From a phage, in sequence record PZ154895.1: DNA of 64,000 nucleotides, one strand, 5' to 3'. The translations under genes were made by a program, and so were the position numbers. The notes below the pieces were generated by a model, which had not been told where the DNA came from, did not search any database, and was given only the letters and a program-made list of their open reading frames with translations. Below, one piece after another: positions 19,955-28,528 of this stretch; within the stretch, counting starts at the first letter, position 1; each line of letters opens with the position of its first letter.

Positions 19955-20213
19955 AGATATTAAGGGTTATAAGCCACATACTGAAGAGAAAATCGGTAAA
20001 GTGAATGCTATCAAAGACGCTGAAGTTCGTTTAGGACTTATCTTTGATGCTTTATATGATGAATTCTGGGAAGCACTGGATAATTGTGAAGACTGTGAAT
20101 TCGCAAAGAATTATGCTGAAAGCCTCGATCAGTTAACTATTGCTAAAACTAAACTCAAAGAAGTCAGTATGTGGGCTTGTCGCGCAGTGTTTCAACCAGA
20201 GGAAAAATATTAA
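19947..20213 (+). CDS. hypothetical protein (contains CEDCEF Cys pair)
   Basis: 88 aa ORF. Confidence 0.45.
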   Translation: MIEDIKGYKPHTEEKIGKVNAIKDAEVRLGLIFDALYDEFWEALDNCEDCEFAKNYAESLDQLTIAKTKLKEVSMWACRAVFQPEEKY

Positions 20214-20491
20214 TGGCTCAATTAAGCGCAGGGTTTGGTTATGAGTATTATACTGCCCCTCGTCGTGTATCTGTTGCTCCTAAGAAAATTCAAAGTCTTG
20301 ATGACTTCCAGGAAGTAGTCCGTAAAGCTTTCCAGGACTATGCACGTTATCTTAAAGAAGATTCACAGGACTGTCTCGAAGAAGATGAAATTGCTTACTA
20401 TGAGCAGCGTCTTGAACAGCTCAAAAACCTACATGAGGTTCGTGCAGAAGTTTCAAAGTCTATGAATAAATTGATTAGATTTAAAGAATAA
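20213..20491 (+). CDS. hypothetical protein
   Basis: 92 aa from ATG overlapping upstream stop (TAATG). Confidence 0.45.
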   Translation: MAQLSAGFGYEYYTAPRRVSVAPKKIQSLDDFQEVVRKAFQDYARYLKEDSQDCLEEDEIAYYEQRLEQLKNLHEVRAEVSKSMNKLIRFKE

Positions 20492-20493
20492 CT

Positions 20494-20542
20494 GTTTACT
20501 TTTCCTCTTGACTGTGGTATAATTTTTCTATCAGTTAAGAGG
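20494..20542 (+). promoter_or_regulatory. early promoter upstream of regB (GTTTACT-N17-TATAAT) with flanking imperfect inverted repeat
   Basis: -35 20494-20500, -10 20518-20523; cctctt / aagagg arms. Confidence 0.6.
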
Positions 20543-20550
20543 AGAATAAC

Positions 20551-21012
20551 ATGACTATCAACACAGAAGTTTTTATCCGTCGAAATAAGCTCCGTCGTCA
20601 CTTTGAGTCGGAGTTTCGTCAAATTAACAATGAGATTCGTGAGGCATCAAAAGCAGCAGGGGTCTCATCGTTTCATCTAAAATATTCTCAGCATCTTCTT
20701 GATCGTGCAATTCAACGGGAGATTGATGAGACATATGTTTTTGAATTATTCCATAAAATAAAAGACCATGTTTTAGAAGTTAATGAATTCCTGAGTATGC
20801 CTCCGCGTCCTGACATTGACGAGGATTTTATTGATGGGGTTGAATATCGTCCTGGGCGTTTAGAAATCACAGATGGAAATCTTTGGCTTGGATTTACAGT
20901 TTGTAAACCTAATGCGAAGTTCAAAGACCCGTCGCTTCAATGCAGGATGGCAATTATTAACAGTCGTCGTTTACCAGGAAAGGCTTCTAAAGCAGTAATT
21001 AAAACTCAATGA
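20551..21012 (+). CDS. regB: RegB site-specific endoribonuclease
   Basis: 153 aa beginning MTINTEVFIRRNKLRRHFESEF; matches T4 RegB as recalled. Confidence 0.9.
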   Translation: MTINTEVFIRRNKLRRHFESEFRQINNEIREASKAAGVSSFHLKYSQHLLDRAIQREIDETYVFELFHKIKDHVLEVNEFLSMPPRPDIDEDFIDGVEYRPGRLEITDGNLWLGFTVCKPNAKFKDPSLQCRMAIINSRRLPGKASKAVIKTQ

Positions 21013-21019
21013 GGTAAGC

Positions 21020-21565
21020 ATGAGAAAAGCACTACTCGCTGGTCTATTGGCCATTTCAATGATGGCGCATAGCTCCGAGCATACTTTCAGTAATGTCCAA
21101 CTCGATAACATGCGTTACGCGTATCAATTCGGGGAACAATTTTCTAAGGATGGAAAATATAAAACACACAAAAATATCCACAAGAGCGGATTAGGTCATA
21201 TAATGGCTGCTATTTTATGGCAAGAAAGCTCTGCCGGAGTTAATTTAAAATCTAAACCAAAGCATCATGCCTACGGAATGTTCCAAAATTATTTGCCAAC
21301 TATGCGAGCAAGAGTTAAGGAACTTGGTTATAATATGACTGATGCTGAAATAAAAAGAATGTTGAATAAACGGTCCAATTCAGCTTCCTGGGCGTACATT
21401 GAACTTTCTTATTGGTTAAATATACATAAGGGTGATATAAGAAAAGCTATATCCTCTTATAACTCGGGATGGAATGTTAAAGCTGGTTCTAAATATGCTT
21501 CTGAAGTCCTAGAAAAGGCTAACTACCTTAAAAATAATAAACTTTTGGAAATAGTAAATGACTAA
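21020..21565 (+). CDS. secreted lytic transglycosylase-like protein (vs.1 position)
   Basis: signal peptide; SLT-type motifs WQESS and AYGMFQ. Confidence 0.65.
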   Translation: MRKALLAGLLAISMMAHSSEHTFSNVQLDNMRYAYQFGEQFSKDGKYKTHKNIHKSGLGHIMAAILWQESSAGVNLKSKPKHHAYGMFQNYLPTMRARVKELGYNMTDAEIKRMLNKRSNSASWAYIELSYWLNIHKGDIRKAISSYNSGWNVKAGSKYASEVLEKANYLKNNKLLEIVND

Positions 21566-21899
21566 AATTTTGGTTTTATGTATAGGATTAATTTCATTTT
21601 CTGCGTTAGCAAATACATCATATACTGAAATTAGAGAGTATGTAAACCGTACTGCCGCGGATTATTGCGGGAAAAATAAAGCATGCCAAGCTGAATTTGC
21701 GCAGAAATTAATATATGCATATAAAGACGGAGAAAGAGATAAATCAAGCAGATACAAGAACGATACTTTATTAAAACGATATGCTAAAAAGTGGAATACC
21801 TTAGAATGTTCAGTTGCGGAGGAGAAAGATAAAGCCGCCTGTCATTCAATGGTTGACCGTTTGGTAGATTCTTATAATCGAGGATTGAGTACTAGATGA
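21558..21899 (+). CDS. vs: Vs-like secreted protein (valyl-tRNA synthetase modifier position)
   Basis: 113 aa, signal peptide MTKILVLCIGLISFSALA, synteny with regB and tk. Confidence 0.55.
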   Translation: MTKILVLCIGLISFSALANTSYTEIREYVNRTAADYCGKNKACQAEFAQKLIYAYKDGERDKSSRYKNDTLLKRYAKKWNTLECSVAEEKDKAACHSMVDRLVDSYNRGLSTR

Positions 21900-22375
21900 T
21901 TGTAAAATATATCAAGGGCGATATTGTCGCCCTATTTCTTCAAGGTAATATTATTGCGCACGGGTGCAACTGTTTTCATACTATGGGTTTAGGTGTAGCG
22001 GGTCAATTAGCAAGAGCCTATCCTAAAATTTTAGAAATAGATAAAACCACTACTGAGTACGGTTCTCGTGATAAATTAGGTGATATGTCTATTGTTTTTA
22101 AACATAATCCTGCAGGATTTGGTATATGCTATAACCTGTATACGCAATACGAACCGGGTCCTAATCTTGATTATGGTGCTTTAGTAAACTGCATGATAGA
22201 ATTAAATCTACAGGCAGAAACCCTTTTGTTTAAACCAGTAATTTACATTCCACGCATAGGTTGTGGTATTGCTGGCGGTGATTGGGATAAGGTTTCTAAA
22301 TTAATCGACATGTTTACTCCTGATATTGATTTAATAGTGGTGGATTATGAAAGTACATTACCCGCATCCGTTTGA
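21896..22375 (+). CDS. macro-domain protein (ADP-ribose binding/processing), tk.4 position
   Basis: motifs AHGCNC..GLGVAGQLA and IGCGIAGGDWD resemble the two glycine-rich macro-domain loops. Confidence 0.6.
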   Translation: MIVKYIKGDIVALFLQGNIIAHGCNCFHTMGLGVAGQLARAYPKILEIDKTTTEYGSRDKLGDMSIVFKHNPAGFGICYNLYTQYEPGPNLDYGALVNCMIELNLQAETLLFKPVIYIPRIGCGIAGGDWDKVSKLIDMFTPDIDLIVVDYESTLPASV

Positions 22376-22559
22376 TCCTAAAAATAAAGCGGAAATTATT
22401 CGACACTGGACCGAAACACGAGTAACTAAATGCCCTATAAAAAGTCAACACAATACCGATAAATGGTATATCGGCGAATATGTTGAATATACTTTTATAG
22501 ATAAAAATAAACGTAAACAGCATGTAGAAGAATATTGTTTAAAGGTGCAATGGTTATGA
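22347..22559 (+). CDS. hypothetical protein
   Basis: 70 aa ORF. Confidence 0.4.
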   Translation: MKVHYPHPFDPKNKAEIIRHWTETRVTKCPIKSQHNTDKWYIGEYVEYTFIDKNKRKQHVEEYCLKVQWL

Positions 22560-22741
22560 GTCTAAGCATTAGTCAGAAAAGTAGATTATTTGAGCTTATT
22601 CATGAGCTTTTGGATGAGCATACAGAAGCAAACACCTTTTATGATGAATACGGCCCGCTATCTCCCGAACAGCAGGAAGAATTTGCTGATCGGTTTGATA
22701 AGAAAGAAAATGAATTAATAGCTTATGTGAATACGCTTTAA
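22556..22741 (+). CDS. hypothetical acidic protein
   Basis: 61 aa, ATGA coupling. Confidence 0.4.
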   Translation: MSLSISQKSRLFELIHELLDEHTEANTFYDEYGPLSPEQQEEFADRFDKKENELIAYVNTL

Positions 22742-22750
22742 GAAGGTGAT

Positions 22751-23332
22751 ATGGCGAGTTTAATTTTTACTTATGCAGCAATGAATGCTGGAAAATCTGC
22801 TTCTCTTTTGACTGCTGCACATAATTATAAAGAACGTGGAATGAGTGTATTAGTTCTTAAGCCTGCTATTGATACTCGCGATTCTGTCTGTGAAGTCGTT
22901 TCTCGCATTGGAATTAAGCAGGAAGCGAATATTATTACGGATGATATGGATATTTTTGAGTTCTATAAATGGGCTGAAGCACAAAAAGATATTCATTGTG
23001 TATTTGTAGATGAAGCCCAGTTTTTAAAAACTGAACAGGTGCATCAATTAAGCCGAATTGTTGATACATATAATGTTCCTGTTATGGCTTATGGACTAAG
23101 GACTGATTTCGCTGGAAAATTATTTGAAGGTTCTAAAGAACTTTTGGCGATTGCAGATAAACTTATTGAACTAAAAGCAGTTTGTCATTGTGGTAAAAAA
23201 GCTATTATGACAGCTCGATTAATGGAAGATGGAACACCAGTTAAAGAGGGTAATCAAATCTGTATTGGTGATGAAATTTATGTTTCTTTGTGTAGAAAAC
23301 ATTGGAATGAATTAACTAAAAAGCTCGGTTAG
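22751..23332 (+). CDS. tk: thymidine kinase
   Basis: 193 aa; P-loop AMNAGKSAS; C-terminal Cys pairs (CHCGKKA, ICIGDE). Confidence 0.92.
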   Translation: MASLIFTYAAMNAGKSASLLTAAHNYKERGMSVLVLKPAIDTRDSVCEVVSRIGIKQEANIITDDMDIFEFYKWAEAQKDIHCVFVDEAQFLKTEQVHQLSRIVDTYNVPVMAYGLRTDFAGKLFEGSKELLAIADKLIELKAVCHCGKKAIMTARLMEDGTPVKEGNQICIGDEIYVSLCRKHWNELTKKLG

Positions 23333-23341
23333 TGCAAAAGT

Positions 23342-23349
23342 TATAAATA
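23342..23349 (+). promoter_or_regulatory. late promoter TATAAATA upstream of rI region
   Basis: exact TATAAATA 26 nt upstream of ORF 23375. Confidence 0.5.
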
Positions 23350-23374
23350 GGTTTATCTAACTAAAGGGGTATAT

Positions 23375-23587
23375 ATGCTACAATTAACTGAAAAGCAACT
23401 TCGCAATCTTACTGTTCTTCAATTAGATGAAATTCGTAGGGAAGTTGGAAATATCATTTCAGCTTTGCGTCGAGAAGTATCACTCAACCAATCTCCGGCA
23501 GACTATACTAGATTGCGAAATTTTGAAAAATACCTTGATAAAGTTAAGGCCGTGCATCGGCATAAAGTAAATACAGGACAAAAATGA
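23375..23587 (+). CDS. hypothetical protein adjacent to rI
   Basis: 70 aa; late promoter TATAAATA at 23342-23349. Confidence 0.5.
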
Positions 23588-23599
23588 TAGGAGGCCTTT

Positions 23600-23893
23600 A
23601 TGGCCTTAAAAGCAACGGCATTATTTGCCATGCTAGGATTAGCGTTTGCTTTATCTCCACCAATTGAAGCGAATGTCGATCCTCATTTTGATAAATTTAT
23701 GGAATCTGGTATTAGACATGTTTATATGCTTTTTGAAAATAAAAGCGTAGAATCATCTGAACAGTTCTATAGTTTTATGCGAACGACCTATAAAAATGAC
23801 CCGTGCTCTTCCGATTTTGAATGTATAGAGCGAGGCGCGGAGATGGCACAATCATACGCTAGAATTATGAACATTAAATTGGAGACTGAATGA
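23600..23893 (+). CDS. rI: lysis inhibition regulator RI
   Basis: 97 aa with N-terminal signal-anchor MALKATALFAMLGLAFALSPPIEA; matches T4 RI as recalled. Confidence 0.88.
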   Translation: MALKATALFAMLGLAFALSPPIEANVDPHFDKFMESGIRHVYMLFENKSVESSEQFYSFMRTTYKNDPCSSDFECIERGAEMAQSYARIMNIKLETE

Positions 23894-24276
23894 AATTCAG
23901 CGACTTTTCACAAAGCGGAAAACCTTCAAAGGCAGATGAATACTTAGGTTTATTAATGGCTGCGCAAGCTTATTTTCATTCTGCGCATTTTGAAACTAAA
24001 AGTTATGCTAGACACAAAGCATACGATTTTATTTTCTCTGAGTTGCCAGATTTGATTGATAAATTTGGTGAGCAATATTTGGGGTATTCTGGTAGAAAAT
24101 ACACGCCGTCAATTCCGGATGCCAGTAAACTTCCTACCGACACAATTAAAATGATTGATCGTATACTAGACCAATCTAACAGCATTTACAAAGAAATGCC
24201 TCCAGCCATTCAAAGCACGATAGATGATATTACTGGAATGTTTTACCAGAGTAAGTATCTTCTTTCCCTCGAATAA
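23890..24276 (+). CDS. hypothetical protein adjacent to rI
   Basis: 128 aa, followed by terminator at 24281-24304. Confidence 0.5.
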   Translation: MKFSDFSQSGKPSKADEYLGLLMAAQAYFHSAHFETKSYARHKAYDFIFSELPDLIDKFGEQYLGYSGRKYTPSIPDASKLPTDTIKMIDRILDQSNSIYKEMPPAIQSTIDDITGMFYQSKYLLSLE

Positions 24277-24280
24277 CATT

Positions 24281-24304
24281 AGTCTCCTTCGGGAGACTTT
24301 TTTC
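24281..24304 (+). terminator. rho-independent terminator
   Basis: agtctcc-TTCG-ggagact followed by T-run. Confidence 0.7.
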
Positions 24305-24371
24305 ATTTTACCGGTTTACTTTCCATTTGAGCTGTGATACTATACAACCATCAGATAAAGAGGAGAACATC

Positions 24372-24560
24372 ATGAAAATTGAAGCACTTAATCAAGAAGG
24401 AAATATCTACGTCATCATTAATGGTGATTTTTTCGTCGACATGGATGAAGTTACCAGTGAAGAACTTGAAGAACTTCTTAAGAAACGTTATGATATGTGT
24501 GATGAAGCTGCAACTCATATGGCGTGTGCAATATTCTCTCTTTCATATGTGGTGGAATAA
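24372..24560 (+). CDS. hypothetical acidic protein
   Basis: 62 aa from ATG 24372 with SD GAGGAGAA. Confidence 0.45.
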   Translation: MKIEALNQEGNIYVIINGDFFVDMDEVTSEELEELLKKRYDMCDEAATHMACAIFSLSYVVE

Positions 24561-24763
24561 TGATTAGTATAGAACAAGCAGATAAAATTAAAGAATTGGT
24601 AGCTTTAATTCGCAAAGCAGACGAGGAACTTAGTGACTTTGCTTGGTTTTCGGCAGGCATTGCAAATAAAGGCGCTGAAGAACTTGAAGCTAAAGTTGAT
24701 AATGCTGTAGAAGCTTTAGATATGTTTCTTGATGAAATTATCGATCATAATACGAGAGTTTAA
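24560..24763 (+). CDS. hypothetical protein
   Basis: 67 aa, TAATG coupling. Confidence 0.45.
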   Translation: MISIEQADKIKELVALIRKADEELSDFAWFSAGIANKGAEELEAKVDNAVEALDMFLDEIIDHNTRV

Positions 24764-24765
24764 GT

Positions 24766-24960
24766 ATGCTAACACGTGAACAGTTTGAAAAAATCATTAA
24801 ATTAGCACGTGATATTGAAATAGATTCATACCAATTGGCAGTTGAGCATTGTGAAGGATATTCATACGATGGTATAGAAGCAGCTAAAAAGGATTTGGAT
24901 AAATCCAAAGCTAAGTTAGTTCAATATCTTGAAATGATTAGGTGGAATAATGAAAACTGA
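24766..24960 (+). CDS. hypothetical protein
   Basis: 64 aa. Confidence 0.45.
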   Translation: MLTREQFEKIIKLARDIEIDSYQLAVEHCEGYSYDGIEAAKKDLDKSKAKLVQYLEMIRWNNEN

Positions 24961-25123
24961 AAAGCAGATGTTTTTAATGAAGCTAATTGAAGAATATGCT
25001 AATGCAGTTTCTGACTATGAGTGTTCTTCTCGGGAAAGAGGTACAGCTTTCGCAAAGGAAGAAATGAAAATCATGGTTGATGCTCACACAAAGCTTCAGA
25101 ATTTTATTGAAAACGTCATTTAA
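24950..25123 (+). CDS. hypothetical small protein (not in ORF track, under 60 aa)
   Basis: 57-codon ORF overlapping upstream stop. Confidence 0.35.
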   Translation: MKTEKQMFLMKLIEEYANAVSDYECSSRERGTAFAKEEMKIMVDAHTKLQNFIENVI

Positions 25124-25290
25124 TGGTTTACAAGTTGGCAAGGTTATGGTATAGTAATCTTGTCAACTGCCAAGGAGAAGAGAATGAAAGTTTTGTTTGT
25201 TGTGTATGTGATGATTCAATATAATTACCCGATGTTTACTTATAATCTGGTGAACAACATTATTGATATTATTCAAAGGAGTATGTAATT

Positions 25291-25848
25291 GTGGGTGAGT
25301 CGAAGAGAATCAATATGAAACGATTAGTATTAGAAGTTAGTCCGCTTTTTGGTGAATTGGCTATAGAAAAAGTAAATAACATGTATCGTTTGACACAAGA
25401 AGACGATATGCTGTATTTTACGCCTAGTGAAATCATTCATTTAACCCAAATTGAATATCCTTATACTGATAAAATAGTAAGCATCAATGATGAGCACAAA
25501 ATTCATTTTTATTCTTCATGCCCAGGATTTAATATTAACAGTGAGTCAATGTGTTTATCAGTTATCCATTGGGATAGTTTTATAGCTAAGATTAAATATT
25601 TTTATTATTCTAATGAAAGAAAACATAGTTTAAAATGGCTTAAAAATTGCAATGCTATTATTACTAACGCTTGCAATCAGAATGATGAAACTCTTTTAAA
25701 TGTATCAAAATGTTATGAAGAGGGAGATGTCTTAACTATTCGTCAAATTGACGATTTTCGATCACATATTGTTACATTTACCAAAGACGAAGCTATTGCG
25801 CTAAAGACTTATCTTGATTCTGTCATTCCAACTATGATTTCAAAGTGA
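25291..25848 (+). CDS. hypothetical protein, paralog A (shared C-terminal motif)
   Basis: 185 aa; C-terminus DEAIALKTYLDSVIPTM similar to next ORF; GTG start with SD AAGGAG. Confidence 0.5.
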   Translation: MGESKRINMKRLVLEVSPLFGELAIEKVNNMYRLTQEDDMLYFTPSEIIHLTQIEYPYTDKIVSINDEHKIHFYSSCPGFNINSESMCLSVIHWDSFIAKIKYFYYSNERKHSLKWLKNCNAIITNACNQNDETLLNVSKCYEEGDVLTIRQIDDFRSHIVTFTKDEAIALKTYLDSVIPTMISK

Positions 25849-25854
25849 GGAAAT

Positions 25855-26376
25855 ATGTTTATTTCAAGTGAAAGCGGTTTAATTCGTGTTGAATTTAAAA
25901 ATGACATCTTCCTTATTCAAGGAGATGATATTATTAAAATGAGTTATGACGAAATCAAGAAAATTTGTCATGCTCTTGAAAGCCATGGAAAAGTAAATGC
26001 TACTATCGATATAGGTGATTTATGGGTGACACTTTATGAAGTATCCGAAGGATTTAACATTGAAGATGAAAATAACATCTTAGCTATTGATAAAAGAAGT
26101 GATTTGTTTGATGTGTTAAAAGTTTATGAACAGTCAAACGGTGGAAGAAAAGCTGCATTGATTTATCAAAAACCACATTCATGTGGAACTGCTTCAATCA
26201 TTTCAAATATTGAAGATGAAACTGATACTTATATGTGTGTTTTAAAGGCTGGTGGTGACCGTCATCCGGATTTTATTTCTATTCGTCAAAACAATGGAGA
26301 AATTTCATTATCAAAATCAGAAGCTGAAGCTATGATTAAGTATTTAACAACTGTTACACCTTCAATGAAAGGATAA
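25855..26376 (+). CDS. hypothetical protein, paralog B (shared C-terminal motif)
   Basis: 173 aa; C-terminus SEAEAMIKYLTTVTPSM. Confidence 0.5.
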   Translation: MFISSESGLIRVEFKNDIFLIQGDDIIKMSYDEIKKICHALESHGKVNATIDIGDLWVTLYEVSEGFNIEDENNILAIDKRSDLFDVLKVYEQSNGGRKAALIYQKPHSCGTASIISNIEDETDTYMCVLKAGGDRHPDFISIRQNNGEISLSKSEAEAMIKYLTTVTPSMKG

Positions 26377-26378
26377 TT

Positions 26379-26840
26379 ATGATTATTAATGAAAGCTCTT
26401 GGCACTATAAATTATTCAAAATGTTTAATGATGAATGGAAACGACCTAAGACACTGTGCGCGTATTTTTGGTCTATTGTTATTCCTACATTTTTCGTTTC
26501 TTTTTTCGGATGTACTATACTCGCAGGTCTAACTATCATCTGTGCAGAAATCATACAGAAATGGCTTATTTTTGGTAGTTTATGGACTCTTATTCCATCA
26601 GCATTTATACTTGCCATTTTGCTTGTTTTACTTATTATTGGTTCATTTGTTATTCCTGCACAACTGCGTGAAAAATATAAAGATTATAAATGGAAAAAGG
26701 ATTATGCTTTACATGTAGAAAATATTGATAGGGCGTATAAAGGTTTACCTCCTATTCAACCTAAGAAATCTATTATCGTCGAATTTTTAAAAGCGCGTAA
26801 AGCTAAAGTATGTCCTGTTATTGAATATAAGGCTGAATGA
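26379..26840 (+). CDS. membrane protein
   Basis: 153 aa with three hydrophobic helices, basic C-terminal tail. Confidence 0.5.
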   Translation: MIINESSWHYKLFKMFNDEWKRPKTLCAYFWSIVIPTFFVSFFGCTILAGLTIICAEIIQKWLIFGSLWTLIPSAFILAILLVLLIIGSFVIPAQLREKYKDYKWKKDYALHVENIDRAYKGLPPIQPKKSIIVEFLKARKAKVCPVIEYKAE

Positions 26841-27850
26841 TGAAAACAGTAATGAAAAGCTATTTTGGTAGTCATCTTTATGGAACTTCTACTCCAGAAT
26901 CTGATGTAGATTTTAAAGAAATCTTTGTTCCTCCTGCTCGCGATATTCTTATCGGAAATGTTAAAGAGCATATGAGTAAAAACACTAACAACACATCATC
27001 TAAAAACACTAAAGATGATATTGACCATGAACTATACAGTCTTAAGTATTTCTTTAAATTAGCAGCAGATGGTGAAACTGTAGCATTGGATATGCTCCAC
27101 ACTCCACCTGAGTTAGTGGTTAAATCTGATTTGCCTGATGTATGGAAGTTTATTCAAGACAATCGTTCTCGTTTTTATACGACTAACATGAAATCCTATT
27201 TAGGATATGTTCGCAAGCAAGCTTCTAAATATGGTGTTAAGGGTTCTCGTTTGGCCGCATTGCGTGATGTATTGAAAGTAGTTAATCAAATCCCTGATCA
27301 GTGGGTTGATTACCAAGAAGACGGTTCCATTAAGCAGCGTCGCACTAAAGTTGAAGATATTAAGCATCGTCTTCCAGAAAACGAGTTCTGTGAATGGGTG
27401 TTCCACAATCATGAGAAAACAGGCCCACAAACGTTCTATACTGTGTTGGGTCGTAAATATCAGACAACTCTTTCTCTTATTGAGCTTAAGCAGTCTTTGA
27501 ATAAACTTGATGCCGAATACGGTGAACGCGCTCGTAAGGCTGAAGCTAATGAGGGCATTGACTGGAAAGCTTTGAGTCATGCTTGTCGTGGTGGACTCCA
27601 ACTATTGGAAATTTACAAAACTGGTGACTTGGTTTATCCACTTAAAGATGCTCCATTTATTCTCGACGTGAAGTTGGGTAAACATCCATTTAAAACTGTT
27701 CAAGAGTTTTTGGAAGATGTGGTCGATCAAGTAGAAGCAGCATCCATTGAAGCTTCTAAGAACGGTATGCAGCAAAAAGTAGACATGGGTTTCTGGGATG
27801 ACTTCCTTGAGAGGGTTTATCTTGAAAACCACCGAAGTTATTATAAATGA
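26837..27850 (+). CDS. Pol-beta superfamily nucleotidyltransferase-like protein
   Basis: 337 aa; N-terminal hGS..G(x5)SDxDh motif (FGSHLYGTSTPESDVDF); strong terminator downstream. Confidence 0.6.
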   Translation: MMKTVMKSYFGSHLYGTSTPESDVDFKEIFVPPARDILIGNVKEHMSKNTNNTSSKNTKDDIDHELYSLKYFFKLAADGETVALDMLHTPPELVVKSDLPDVWKFIQDNRSRFYTTNMKSYLGYVRKQASKYGVKGSRLAALRDVLKVVNQIPDQWVDYQEDGSIKQRRTKVEDIKHRLPENEFCEWVFHNHEKTGPQTFYTVLGRKYQTTLSLIELKQSLNKLDAEYGERARKAEANEGIDWKALSHACRGGLQLLEIYKTGDLVYPLKDAPFILDVKLGKHPFKTVQEFLEDVVDQVEAASIEASKNGMQQKVDMGFWDDFLERVYLENHRSYYK

Positions 27851-27852
27851 TA

Positions 27853-27879
27853 GGGAGCCTTCGGGCTCCCTTTTTTTTT
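27853..27879 (+). terminator. rho-independent terminator
   Basis: gggagcc-TTCG-ggctccc followed by nine T. Confidence 0.8.
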
Positions 27880-27902
27880 GTTTAAAATGACGTCACAAAG
27901 TT

Positions 27903-27932
27903 GTTTACTTCTATCGCAAAGCATATTATAAT
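27903..27932 (+). promoter_or_regulatory. early promoter GTTTACT-N17-TATAAT
   Basis: -35 at 27903-27909, -10 at 27927-27932, preceded by tcacaaagtt UP-like element. Confidence 0.55.
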
Positions 27933-27978
27933 ATATGTGTAGTTAATTAATTGCTCTTTAAAAATTGAGGAGAATACA

Positions 27979-28269
27979 ATGCATATTTTAATGCAATGCC
28001 TTGGCAACAAAATTAATGATTTTAATCATAAGCGTGTTAATGATTACATTAAAGACAAACTTGAGATTAAAGACATACTTTTTAGAGGACTTACAATAGA
28101 GGAAGTGCTATCTTATAAGTTTGAAGTTAATAGGAGAATCAAATTTAAAAGAATAACTTCCTTTAGCAGTGAGTCTCATATAGCTGAAACGTTTGCAGCA
28201 GAACGCTATATGACTAATGCTTTAGTAGTGTTAAAAATGCAAACGTTTTCGACTATTCGACTGCTATGA
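27979..28269 (+). CDS. hypothetical protein
   Basis: 96 aa, early promoter upstream. Confidence 0.45.
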   Translation: MHILMQCLGNKINDFNHKRVNDYIKDKLEIKDILFRGLTIEEVLSYKFEVNRRIKFKRITSFSSESHIAETFAAERYMTNALVVLKMQTFSTIRLL

Positions 28270-28463
28270 TTGACATTTTAGAAAATTTAATCGCAATTGA
28301 AGAATCTGGCCAAACTGACGATGATAAGCTTAACAAGCTTTATGATAATCTTTGTATGGTAGATTATGAAAGAGAGTTTTTACTGCCAACTAATTCTGAG
28401 TTAATAGTTAAAAACATATATTTTGATAGCAAAAAGAACATGCATATAGTAGAAATGGAATAA
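28266..28463 (+). CDS. hypothetical acidic protein
   Basis: 65 aa. Confidence 0.45.
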   Translation: MIDILENLIAIEESGQTDDDKLNKLYDNLCMVDYEREFLLPTNSELIVKNIYFDSKKNMHIVEME

Positions 28464-28483
28464 ATCGACACAAAGGGGGCTAT

Positions 28484-28506
28484 GGTACTATACAACTATC
28501 AACTAC
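28484..28506 (+). repeat. 23-nt core GGTACTATACAACTATCAACTAC (partial cassette copy)
   Basis: exact match to cores at 12951-12973 and 29926-29948. Confidence 0.7.
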
Positions 28507-28528
28507 TGATACAGATTTGGAGAATAAA

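Noticed and set aside
25127-25180. Possible inverted repeat around the early promoter at 25127 (acaagttggcaagg / cttgtcaactgccaagg)
   Set aside because: The arms are not true reverse complements on checking, so it is not counted among the PeSL-like stem-loops.
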